64,000 nucleotides of DNA, taken from contig JBMFSQ010000003.1 in the NCBI GenBank assembly GCA_049967475.1, positions 1 to 64,000 on the forward strand, in the 5' to 3' direction. The translations under genes and the position numbers were made by a program. Shown here one piece after another: positions 28,706 through 37,873 of the stretch. The notes beneath the pieces were generated by a model that ran no database searches, had not been told where the DNA came from, and saw only the letters and a list, made by a program, of their open reading frames with translations. Numbering within the stretch: the stretch's first letter is position 1; each line of letters opens with the position of its first letter. Origin of the DNA: Chthonomonadales bacterium (lineage in GTDB: Bacteria > Armatimonadota > Chthonomonadetes > Chthonomonadales > CAJBBX01).

Positions 28706-29832
28706 CTGATGCAGAACAGGAGGCTCGCGCGACCGTGCAACCCTTGAAGCGAACTGCCCTGGCCGAACGGCACGCCGCCTTGGGAGCGCGGATGACGCCC
28801 TTCGCCGGATGGCTGATGCCCGTTCAATACTCATCCATCCTGGAGGAAGTCGCGGCGGTACGGAGCCGCACAGGCGTGTTCGATATCAGCCATATGGGGC
28901 GTGTCCTTGTGCGCGGAGGCGAAGCTGCGTCATTCCTCCAATACGTCACCACCAATGACATAGGCATTCTGCAGCCGGGCCGCGCCCAATACTCCCTGAT
29001 CCCGAACCCGGCCGGAGGCATCAAGGACGATATCATTGTCTATCGCCTGGCTCCCGACGTTTTCCTGGTGGTGCTCAACGCATCCAATACAGCGAAGGAC
29101 CTGGAATGGCTGCAGGGTCATGCCGGGCAGTCGGTTGAATTCGAGGACCGCACCACGCAAACGGCGATGTTGGCGGTTCAGGGGCCGGAGGCGCCGGCGC
29201 TCGTGGCATCGGTGTGGGGCGAGGATCTTTTGCAGGTGAGCCGCTTTGGATTTGCAGCGCGAAGCGTCGGGCACGCCGAAATCCTTTTCTGCCGCACGGG
29301 TTACACGGGAGAAGACGGGTTTGAGCTGATTGTTCCCGCGGAATACGCTGCCTCCATATGGGAAGAACTTCTGGGCAAAGGTGCAGTTCCGTGCGGGCTG
29401 GGCGCCCGGGATGTACTGCGCATCGAAGCCGGATATCCTCTCTATGGGCACGAGCTGGATGAAGATGTTTCGCCCGTTGAGGCCGGCCTCATGTGGGTAG
29501 TCAAACTCAACAAAGGAGCGTTCATCGGAAGAGAGCGCATCGAGGAGATCAAACATGGAGAACCTCGCCGGCGCCTCATGGGACTGCACGTGCACCACCG
29601 CATCGTTCCGAGGCAGGGGTATACTCTTTTCCTAGAAGACGGCCCAGCAGGCATCGTGACGAGCGGTGCGTTTTCGCCGACGGTGGGCCATAGCATCGGG
29701 ATGGCCTATGTAGATCATCCCTACGATAGACTGGGAACCGTTGTAGAGATCGAGGTCCGCGGTCAACGCATTCCTGCCACCCTCGTCCCGAAAAAGGAGC
29801 TTATCCCAACCGGTGGCGCCGCCGCGGCGTAA
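28702..29832 (+). CDS. gcvT: Glycine cleavage system T protein
   Basis: FAGWLMPVQY, FDISHMG, RTGYTGEDGFE, GLGARDVLRIEAG.PLYG. Confidence 0.96.
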   Translation: MTDAEQEARATVQPLKRTALAERHAALGARMTPFAGWLMPVQYSSILEEVAAVRSRTGVFDISHMGRVLVRGGEAASFLQYVTTNDIGILQPGRAQYSLIPNPAGGIKDDIIVYRLAPDVFLVVLNASNTAKDLEWLQGHAGQSVEFEDRTTQTAMLAVQGPEAPALVASVWGEDLLQVSRFGFAARSVGHAEILFCRTGYTGEDGFELIVPAEYAASIWEELLGKGAVPCGLGARDVLRIEAGYPLYGHELDEDVSPVEAGLMWVVKLNKGAFIGRERIEEIKHGEPRRRLMGLHVHHRIVPRQGYTLFLEDGPAGIVTSGAFSPTVGHSIGMAYVDHPYDRLGTVVEIEVRGQRIPATLVPKKELIPTGGAAAA

Positions 29833-29886
29833 GGCTATGGTGCCTTTCGCCGGCATCGCAGTGATGCATCCGAAGGAGGAACAGCA

Positions 29887-30270
29887 ATGGACATTCCTGC
29901 AACGCTGAAGTATTCCCGCACGCACGAATGGGTGCGGGTGGAGGGTGATATCGCCACGGTAGGGATTACGGACCACGCCCAGGCCGAGCTTGGGGATGTG
30001 GTATACGTGGAGCTTCCCGAAGTCGGGCGTATAGTGTCCGCAGGCGATGTGTTCGGTACCGTCGAATCGGTGAAGGCTGTGTCGGACCTCTACAGCCCCG
30101 TTAGCGGGGAGGTCGTTGAGGCAAACCTATCCCTGCCCGATGCAACAGAGGCCGTGAACCAGGATCCCTATGGCGCGGGATGGATGGTCCGGATCCGTAT
30201 GGCAAACCCTACCGAAGTGAACCAGCTCCTGACGGCTGACGAGTATCGCAAGACCATCGAAGAGGAATAG
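29887..30270 (+). CDS. gcvH: Glycine cleavage system H protein
   Basis: HEWV, GITDHAQ..LGDVVYV, VESVKA (lipoyl Lys), N.DPYG.GW. Confidence 0.98.
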   Translation: MDIPATLKYSRTHEWVRVEGDIATVGITDHAQAELGDVVYVELPEVGRIVSAGDVFGTVESVKAVSDLYSPVSGEVVEANLSLPDATEAVNQDPYGAGWMVRIRMANPTEVNQLLTADEYRKTIEEE

Positions 30271-30301
30271 GAGCGCCGCACCTGTTGTGGCGTAGGAGAA
30301 C

Positions 30302-33178
30302 ATGCGCGACGTTCTCGATGACGGTGAGCAGACGGCGTCGGGGCAGGGCGCCTTCGTATGGCGACACTTGGGGCCCAGACCGCAGGACATTCGGGCAATG
30401 CTCGCCGAGCTGGGCTGCTCCACGCTGGACGAACTGGTGGCCCGAGCGGTACCCGCATCCATCCTCCCGGAACATCCCCTGGAGTTTGCTTCCGTCGGCA
30501 GTGGGCAATCCGAAGCGAGTGTTCTGGAGGAACTCCGCGAGCTGGGCCGAAGGAACCAATTGTGGCGTAGCTTTATCGGCTTGGGTTATTACGGTACGAT
30601 CACGCCCCCGGTATTGCAGCGCTGCATCTTGGAGGATCCCCGTTGGTACACCCCCTACACTCCGTACCAATCCGAGGTCTCGCAGGGCCGCCTGGAAGCG
30701 CTGATGATCTTCCAGACGATGGTGTGCGACCTTACCGGCATGGAGGTCTCCAACGCATCTCTTCTGGACGACGCCACTGCGGCGGCTGAGGCCATGATGC
30801 TTTGTAGGGCCCTGTGCCGTGGCGAGCGGAGTGTGTTCTTCGTGTCCAGCGGGTGCCACCCTGCCACGGTGGCGGTGGTGCAGACACGCGCTCGGCCTCT
30901 GGGTATCCGAGTAGTAGTGGGTACCGACGACGAGTTCGACGCCTCAATGGAGGTGTTCGGCGCCCTATTCCAGTATCCCGACACCCGCGGTGCAGTGCGC
31001 GACCTGACGCCCCTAATCGCGCGGGTGCACGAAGCCGGGGCCCATGCTGTGGTTGCGGCGGATCTCTTGGCGTTGACGTTGCTGAAGCCGCCGGGAGAGA
31101 TGGGTGCAGACGTGGTTGTGGGGAACACCCAACGGTTCGGCGTGCCTCTCGGATACGGCGGGCCCCACGCAGGATTTCTGGCCACTAAAGACGCCTTCAA
31201 GCGGCAAATGCCCGGACGCATCGTGGGTCTTTCACGCGATGCCGATGGCCGCCCAGGCTACCGGCTTGCCCTGCAGACACGAGAGCAGCACATTCGCCGC
31301 GAGAAGGCAACCAGCAATATCTGCACGGCGCAGGTTCTTCCTGCCGTATTAGCGGCCATGTATGCGGTCTACCATGGCCCGGAAGGGTTGCGCGCCATCG
31401 CGCTCCGCATCCACGAATATGCGCGGATGTTGGCGGAAGGACTTCGGCAAGGAGGCTGGCAGCTCGAAACGGACGCATTCTTCGACACTGTGACCGTAGC
31501 TGCAGGTGCCCAACGCGCGTCTGTGTTGGAGCGTGCGCAGGAACGTAGAGTGAACCTGCGTGCCAACGATCCCGGCTTTCTCAGTGCAGCGTTGGATGAA
31601 CGGACGACCGAACAGGACGTAGCGGACCTCCTCGAAATCTTTCTTGGCGTACCCGTGAAGGTCCGGGAGCTGGTGCCCAATGCCGCTCCGCATGTTCCTC
31701 TGCCCAGAACCAGCCCGTATCTCCAGCACCCTGTATTCCACCAATACCATTCGGAAACCGCCATGATGCGGTACCTCAATCGGCTTGCCAACCGGGACAT
31801 CTCTCTGGCGGACTCCATGATCTCCCTGGGATCGTGCACCATGAAATTGAACCCCGCGGCTGCTATGATGCCCATTTCCTGGCCGGAGTTTGCCCAAATC
31901 CATCCGTTTGTGCCGCCGGAACAGGCAGCCGGTTATCACGAACTCATCCTGCGGATGGAACGGATGCTGGCAGAAGTGACGGGCATGGATGCCGTGTCCC
32001 TGCAGCCCAATGCCGGTTCCCAGGGAGAGTACGCAGGCCTCATGGCGATCCGGAGTTACCATGCGGCCCGCGGTGAGGCCGGCCGTAATGTATGCCTCAT
32101 ACCCCAATCTGCCCACGGTACCAACCCAGCTTCTGCCGCACTGGCCGGGTTTCGCATCGTTGTTGTAAAGTGCAACGCATCGGGCGATATAGATCTCGCC
32201 GACTTGGAGACTCACGCCGAGCGGTATGGCAACGAGCTCGCAGCGCTCATGGTCACCTATCCCTCAACGCATGGCGTGTTTGAAGAGGGGATCGTGCGCA
32301 TCTGCCAGATTGTGCACGAGCACGGCGGCCAGGTCTACCTGGATGGCGCCAACATGAATGCGCTTCTGGGCATTTGCCGGCCGGGCGACCTCGGCGCAGA
32401 CGTTTGCCACCTGAACCTTCACAAAACCTTCGCCATACCCCACGGCGGCGGAGGGCCCGGCATGGGCCCGATTGCTGTGAAAGCGCATCTGGCCCCCTTC
32501 CTTCCAGGCCATCCTCTGGCGCCGGTGGGCGGTGAACAGCCCCTTGGGACCGTGTCGCAATCGCCGTATGGGAGCCCGCTCATTTTGACGATCTCCTACG
32601 CATACATGCGTTTGATGGGATGGCGCAACCTCAAATTGGCAACGCAGGTGGCGCTGCTCAATGCCAATTACCTTGCTTCCAGGCTGGGAGCTGCCTTCCC
32701 TGTGCTGTACAAAGGGCGCAACGGCTTCGTAGCGCATGAATGCATTCTGGACCTTCGCCGCTTCAAGGCCGTGTCCGTTGAGGTAGAGGACGTGGCCAAG
32801 CGACTGATGGACTATGGCTTCCATGCCCCAACCGTGTCGTTTCCGGTGCCCGGCACCCTTATGGTGGAGCCTACCGAAAGCGAGCCGAAAGAGGAACTGG
32901 ATCGCTTTGTGCAGGCGATGCTCCGCATTCGAGAGGAGATTGCTCGTATTGAAGAGGGTAATGCCGATCAGGCAGACAATCCTCTCAAGAACGCTCCGCA
33001 TCCGGCGGAACGCGTCACATCCAACTCTTGGACGCATGCGTACACTCGGGAGGAGGCTGCATATCCGGTGGCATGGCTTCGGCAAAACAAGTGGTGGCCG
33101 CCGATGGGGCGCATTGACAACGTGTACGGCGAACGCCACGTGACGTGTATCTTGCCGCCCGCGGTTCAGGCTGAATGA
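30302..33178 (+). CDS. gcvP: Glycine dehydrogenase (single-chain P protein)
   Basis: YTPYQSEVSQGRLE, REQHIRREKATSNICTAQ, LGSCTMKLN, HLNLHKTFAIPHGGGGPG, VEPTESE. Confidence 0.98.
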   Translation: MRDVLDDGEQTASGQGAFVWRHLGPRPQDIRAMLAELGCSTLDELVARAVPASILPEHPLEFASVGSGQSEASVLEELRELGRRNQLWRSFIGLGYYGTITPPVLQRCILEDPRWYTPYTPYQSEVSQGRLEALMIFQTMVCDLTGMEVSNASLLDDATAAAEAMMLCRALCRGERSVFFVSSGCHPATVAVVQTRARPLGIRVVVGTDDEFDASMEVFGALFQYPDTRGAVRDLTPLIARVHEAGAHAVVAADLLALTLLKPPGEMGADVVVGNTQRFGVPLGYGGPHAGFLATKDAFKRQMPGRIVGLSRDADGRPGYRLALQTREQHIRREKATSNICTAQVLPAVLAAMYAVYHGPEGLRAIALRIHEYARMLAEGLRQGGWQLETDAFFDTVTVAAGAQRASVLERAQERRVNLRANDPGFLSAALDERTTEQDVADLLEIFLGVPVKVRELVPNAAPHVPLPRTSPYLQHPVFHQYHSETAMMRYLNRLANRDISLADSMISLGSCTMKLNPAAAMMPISWPEFAQIHPFVPPEQAAGYHELILRMERMLAEVTGMDAVSLQPNAGSQGEYAGLMAIRSYHAARGEAGRNVCLIPQSAHGTNPASAALAGFRIVVVKCNASGDIDLADLETHAERYGNELAALMVTYPSTHGVFEEGIVRICQIVHEHGGQVYLDGANMNALLGICRPGDLGADVCHLNLHKTFAIPHGGGGPGMGPIAVKAHLAPFLPGHPLAPVGGEQPLGTVSQSPYGSPLILTISYAYMRLMGWRNLKLATQVALLNANYLASRLGAAFPVLYKGRNGFVAHECILDLRRFKAVSVEVEDVAKRLMDYGFHAPTVSFPVPGTLMVEPTESEPKEELDRFVQAMLRIREEIARIEEGNADQADNPLKNAPHPAERVTSNSWTHAYTREEAAYPVAWLRQNKWWPPMGRIDNVYGERHVTCILPPAVQAE

Positions 33179-33236
33179 AGCAGGGCTTTGGCGGCGCGTG
33201 ACATCCCTGCAGCGGCAGCTGAGTGCAGGAGGAGGC

Positions 33237-34016
33237 ATGAAGCGCGTATCCCGCGAAGTTCGGTGGAGGTTGATCCTGGATGGCCGCAATGGCGCGGCGT
33301 GGAACATGGCTGTGGACGAGGCGATCCTCGACGCCGTCATCCAGGGCATCTCCCGGCCTACAATCCGCATGTACCGCTGGGATCCGCCCGCAATCAGTGT
33401 GGGCCGCTTTCAGTCTCTTCCACGGGCGGTGAACCTGGACGCGTGCCGGAGGTTCGGCGTCGAGGTGGTGCGGCGCCCTACAGGAGGCCGCGCGGTTCTC
33501 CATGATGAGGACGAAACCGTGTCCATAATCCTCCCGGTTCAGGCAGTCGGAAGCGCAGGGGCCAGCGTATCGGGCTCCTACCGCCTCCTCTCGCAAGGCT
33601 TCTCCGACGGGCTCGCACGCTTGGGGCTTTCGCTTCGCCAAGGTGGCGCTGAGCGCCGGGTGTCGCCCTCTGCCGACTGCTTCGCCGTGCGCACTTCGGC
33701 GGATCTCGTGACACCGGACGGGACGAAGGTTGTAGGAAGTGCCCAATATCGGCGCTCGGGTGTGATCCTTCAGCAATCCTCCATCGTCCATCGGCCGCCT
33801 TCCATATCCCCGCAGGAGGTCTTTCTGGGGCCTGTTTCCTACACGACCTTCCCTCTGGAGGACGCACCGGAGGGGGAGCTGCGCCTGGCCCTCCGGGAGG
33901 GCTTTGGACGGGCTCTCGGAATTACCCTGTTTGTGGACGACCTAACGGCGTGGGAGTATGAGCGTGCAGGGGCGCTGCTTCAGCGTGTGAAGGAGCGGAC
34001 AACCGGCGGGTCGTAA
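33237..34016 (+). CDS. Lipoate-protein ligase / octanoyltransferase (LplA/LipM family)
   Basis: NMAVDEAI, VVRRPTGGRAVLHD, CF, KVVGSAQ. Directly follows gcvTHP. Confidence 0.9.
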   Translation: MKRVSREVRWRLILDGRNGAAWNMAVDEAILDAVIQGISRPTIRMYRWDPPAISVGRFQSLPRAVNLDACRRFGVEVVRRPTGGRAVLHDEDETVSIILPVQAVGSAGASVSGSYRLLSQGFSDGLARLGLSLRQGGAERRVSPSADCFAVRTSADLVTPDGTKVVGSAQYRRSGVILQQSSIVHRPPSISPQEVFLGPVSYTTFPLEDAPEGELRLALREGFGRALGITLFVDDLTAWEYERAGALLQRVKERTTGGS

Positions 34017-34078
34017 GATGAAGAGCCGTGCCTTATACCCTGCGGACGTTGCCGTTGGAACCTGCGGCGGCCGTCGGC

Positions 34079-34110
34079 GTAGGGGGAGGACGCATAGCGC
34101 CTCCCCCTAC
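34079..34110. repeat. Perfect 11-bp inverted repeat with GTAG foot (REP-like or bidirectional terminator)
   Basis: GTAGGGGGAGG-N10-CCTCCCCCTAC between convergent genes. Confidence 0.6.
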
Positions 34111-34158
34111 ATCATCGGCCCGATCTTGCGGCCTGTTCCATCGCTCAGCTCAAGAAGA

Positions 34159-36390
34159 TCATGCGTCTGTGGTGCGGCGCTCTAGGGAGTGGCCGGTCTG
34201 AAGGCCGAACACAAAGATCACCAAGGCGATGGCGCCCACGGCAAACAATGTGTCCCCAGGGACGCGCATCCATCGCAGGACCTGCATATAGGGCAGGTGC
34301 AGAAACGCGGCGCTGCGGGCATACCAGTATCCCCGCGTCACGGCAGCCCACGTTTGCAGGAGCCCCACAGGCAACAGGCTGAGCAGGACCATGGCCATCA
34401 ACCCTCCGTTCATGGCCCAAAACGAGAACTTCAGAAGCCCCTCCTTCCAAGGCACGCCGGGACGGAGCGCCCGCAGGCCGAAGAGCATCAAGCCAATGCC
34501 TAACATGCCGTAGACCCCAAATAGGGCGCCATGGGCGTGGACCGCCGTAGTATTGAGCCCCTGCATGTAATAAAGGGCAATGGGCGGATTGATCATGAAG
34601 CCGAAGAGCCCGGCTCCCACCATGTTCCAGAACGCAACGGCAATGAAGAACATGATGGGCCATTTGTAGTAGCGCACCCAACTGGCGGCACGCGCCATGC
34701 GGATATCTTCCCAGGCAGGGAAGGCCACCAGTGTAAGCGGCACTACCTCAAGCGCACTGAATACGGATCCCCAAGCCAGGGCCACCGTGGGCGTCCCAGC
34801 CCAGTAAAGGTGGTGCAATGTTCCGATGATGCCGCCCGCCAGGTATATGGTTCCCGAAAGGAGCGTCGTTCACGCCGCCTGCATGGGGCGGATCAGCCGC
34901 AAGCGGGCGAAGAAGAAGGCAATCACTACCGTTGCGAAGACCTCAAAGAAGCCTTCGACCCAGAGGTGCACGACCCACCACCGCCAATACTCGACGATTG
35001 ACAGAGGCGTCTGGCGCCCCCACATCAATCCGGCAAAGTAGAAACCGGCGATGGCTGCAGCAGACATCAGGTACAGACCTAGAAGGGGGCGCTGCTCGCT
35101 TGATTGCTTCATGGCCGGCCACACTGCCCGCACAACCAGCCACAACCAAAGGAGCAGCCCCACGAAGAGGCCGATCTGCCAAACGCGGCCAAGATCCAGG
35201 TATTCATAACCTTGGTGGCCCAAGTAGAACGTGGCAGCGCCGGTGATGCGGTGCTCGACGCTCATCCACTCGCCTGCGAGGGAGCCGACCACGATCACAA
35301 GCAGCGCTGCAAACAGAAGGTTCACACCAAAACGCTGCCCCTTGGGTTCCACACCGCTAATAACGGGACCGATAATCAGGCCCGATGCGAGCCATGCCGT
35401 TGCGATCCAGAACAGGGCCAACTGCACGTGCCACGTTCTCGTGACGGTGTAGGGCAGCCAATTCGCAAGGGGAATGCCGTAGAGCCCGAGCCCTTCCACG
35501 CCGTAGTGCGCTGTGACCACGCCCATCACAATCTGCGCCAGGATGAGCCCGGCAACCACCCAGAAGTATTTGACCGCCGCCTTTTGAGAGGGCGTAACCT
35601 GCGCGCCGACAAGCGGATCCTGCGTGGGAGCATCTCCCGTGTCACTGTGGTAGCGCGTTCCGGCGTAATACCATACCAGCGCGCCGATGCCGGCAAGGAG
35701 CATGATGACGCTCACACCGGTCCACACGATGACTTCTCCGGTGGGGCGGTTGCCCACCAGCGGTTCGCTCGGCCAATTGCTGGTGTAGGTGATGGTGTCG
35801 TTGGGGCGGTTCGTGGAGGCTGCCCAAGAGGTTCAGAAGAAGAACGCCGCAAGGTCTCGTATCTGCGATGGATGGGTAAGCGTGCCCGCAGGAATGGCGT
35901 ATTGGGCGTTGCCTTGCGTGAATAACTTGGTGTAGTAAGCAAGGTTCGCCTCAAAAGCCTGGGCCCGTACCGGATCTATCACCAGAGTGGAATTGGCGGG
36001 GTTATAGGTGTTCGCCCGCATCATGCGCTCAAGGCGGCTGCGGAGCATAGCCTGTTGGTCCGGAGGCACGGCTCTATACGGGCTTTTGAACTCTTGGTGC
36101 GCCCACGTGTTCAGAACGAACATGCACTCGCGATGGAGCCAATCGGCAGTCCAGTCCGGTGCGACGTAGCTTCCGTGCCCCCATACGGTTCCTAATTCCA
36201 TTCCACCCATAGCCTGCCGCACATGCTGGCCGCGCATGATGGCGCCTTCCGGGATTACCGGATGTCCGTCCGGGGTTGTGACGGTTAGGGGGATAGGGGG
36301 TGCGCCTTGGTAGATGCGCGAGCCCACCCATCCAAGGATGCTAAACGAAATCACGTTCACTAGAAGGAACGCGAGCCACAGCTTCTTCAT
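34159..36390 (-). pseudogene. norB: Quinol-dependent nitric oxide reductase (qNOR) interrupted by two in-frame TGA codons
   Basis: Three ORF pieces share one frame (744 codons in total). GHGSYVAPDW, TWHVQL, GYEYLDLGR, WWVVHLWVEGFFEVF, GTLHHLY, HAHGALFGVYG. TGA at 35833-35835 and 34870-34872. Confidence 0.88.
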
Positions 36391-36511
36391 AGTCGGCTAT
36401 CCTTTCACGTTTGCGTCTCGGACACTCGTGTGTGGTTTCCTTGGTGCATCCGGAACTCCGTTGTGCGGCACAAAACCGTAGAGCAAACCGGAGTTCCTCA
36501 TCCAATTAGGG

Positions 36512-36541
36512 ATATTACTCAACAGGCGCGGCATGTGTCAA
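36512..36541 (-). promoter_or_regulatory. sigma70-type promoter of qNOR
   Basis: Minus strand TTGACA-N18-TAATAT. Confidence 0.6.
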
Positions 36542-36712
36542 TACGAGGACCCTACGGGAATATCGGGTAACCGTGGGCCGGCCACGCCGCCACGTTGACG
36601 TGGTGGTGCGCTGATGGAGGGGGTCCTTGCCCCGGGGATGGTTGGGGAGGCAAAGCTTCCGAGAACCGGTGAGGGCACGTTCGTCGGTCATCCGTACGTC
36701 CGTGAGCCCCTA

Positions 36713-36757
36713 TTGACAAAACGGGAGGAAGCAAGTATTCGATTGAGCACTTGAATA
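36713..36757 (+). promoter_or_regulatory. Promoter and ArsR-type palindromic operator of the sulfur operon
   Basis: TTGACA at 36713. The imperfect palindrome TATTCGA-N8-TTGAATA (36736-36757) overlaps the expected -10. Confidence 0.65.
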
Positions 36758-36775
36758 TGCAATCAAAATGGCGTC

Positions 36776-37498
36776 ATGACCGGTCGTGAATTCAAAGATG
36801 CCGTGTTTGCTCTCTTTGCCGAGATAGCGGCTGCCTTCGCCGCGCCAAAGCGCATCGAGATGATTGATGTGTTGGCCCAAGGTGAGCGTACGGTGGAGGC
36901 CCTCGCCGCAGAGACCGATCAATCTGTGGCCAACACGTCGCGGCATCTCCAGGTGCTCAAGAACGCGCATCTCGTGGTGTTTCGTAAGGATGGCGTGCGT
37001 GTGTATTACCGGCTGGCAAGTCCGGTGGTCCTGCAAGGATATCGGGCTCTACAGCGGCTGTGTGAGGACCGGCTTGCGGAGGTGGACCGCCTTACCCAGG
37101 ATTTCTTTGCGGGCGCAAGCGGGTTCGAGGCTATAGAGAAAGACGAATTGCTCCGGCGGATGCGCGAGGGTGAAGCGATCGTGCTGGACGTGAGGCCGCC
37201 GGAGGAGTTTGCTGCCGGGCATGTACGCGGCGCCGTTTCCATTCCCCTTCAGGCGCTGGAGGAGTATCTAGGGCAGCTTCCGCGGGACAGGCGCATTGTG
37301 GCCTATTGCCGAGGGCCCTATTGTGTGCTGGCGGCGGAGGCTGTGCGGGTATTGCGCCGTAATGGGTTCCAGGCGGTGAGGATGAAGGAAGGCTACCCGG
37401 AATGGCGGGACGCCGGCCTGCCTGTCGAGGTAGGTGCAACAACGCCTCCTGACAGCTTGTTTGCCCAATCTGAGGAACAAGGAGAGCTCCCGACGTGA
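36776..37498 (+). CDS. ArsR-family regulator fused to a rhodanese domain
   Basis: HTH (LAQGERTVEALA....SVANTSRHLQVL...VYYRLA), then LDVRP.EEF..GH..GA and YCRGPYC. Confidence 0.93.
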   Translation: MTGREFKDAVFALFAEIAAAFAAPKRIEMIDVLAQGERTVEALAAETDQSVANTSRHLQVLKNAHLVVFRKDGVRVYYRLASPVVLQGYRALQRLCEDRLAEVDRLTQDFFAGASGFEAIEKDELLRRMREGEAIVLDVRPPEEFAAGHVRGAVSIPLQALEEYLGQLPRDRRIVAYCRGPYCVLAAEAVRVLRRNGFQAVRMKEGYPEWRDAGLPVEVGATTPPDSLFAQSEEQGELPT

Positions 37499-37849
37499 AT
37501 ATACTGATGATCCTCAAACGATCCTCCGTATGGCACAGAGCGCAGCTATAACGGACTCAGGCTCGCTGCTAGCCTTTTGCGCAGGGTGGAAACCACCACA
37601 GTCACGGTATTCTTGATGGGCGATGCCGTATCTGCAGCCAAGGCAGGGCAGCAGACGCCCAACGGCTATTACAATCTCGAGCGCATGATCAAAGGGTTCC
37701 TTGCCCGAGGCGGCCATGTGTTGCTGTGCGGCACGTGTATGGATGCCCGGGGATTGAAGAGTGATGAGCTGGTGGTCGGGTGCCAACGAAGCTCCCTGGA
37801 CGAGCTCACGGCGCTCGCTTCTTCTTCGGAGCAGGTGTTGGTGTTCTGA
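37495..37849 (+). pseudogene. DsrE/YchN-family sulfur relay protein, +1 frameshift near codon 8
   Basis: GTG 37495 with AAGGAG RBS. Removing one A from AAA at 37516-37518 gives MNILMILNDPPYGTERSYNGLRLA...FLMGDAV...CGTCMDARG. Confidence 0.85.
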
Positions 37850-37873
37850 AGAGTATGGCCTAAGGAGATCACC

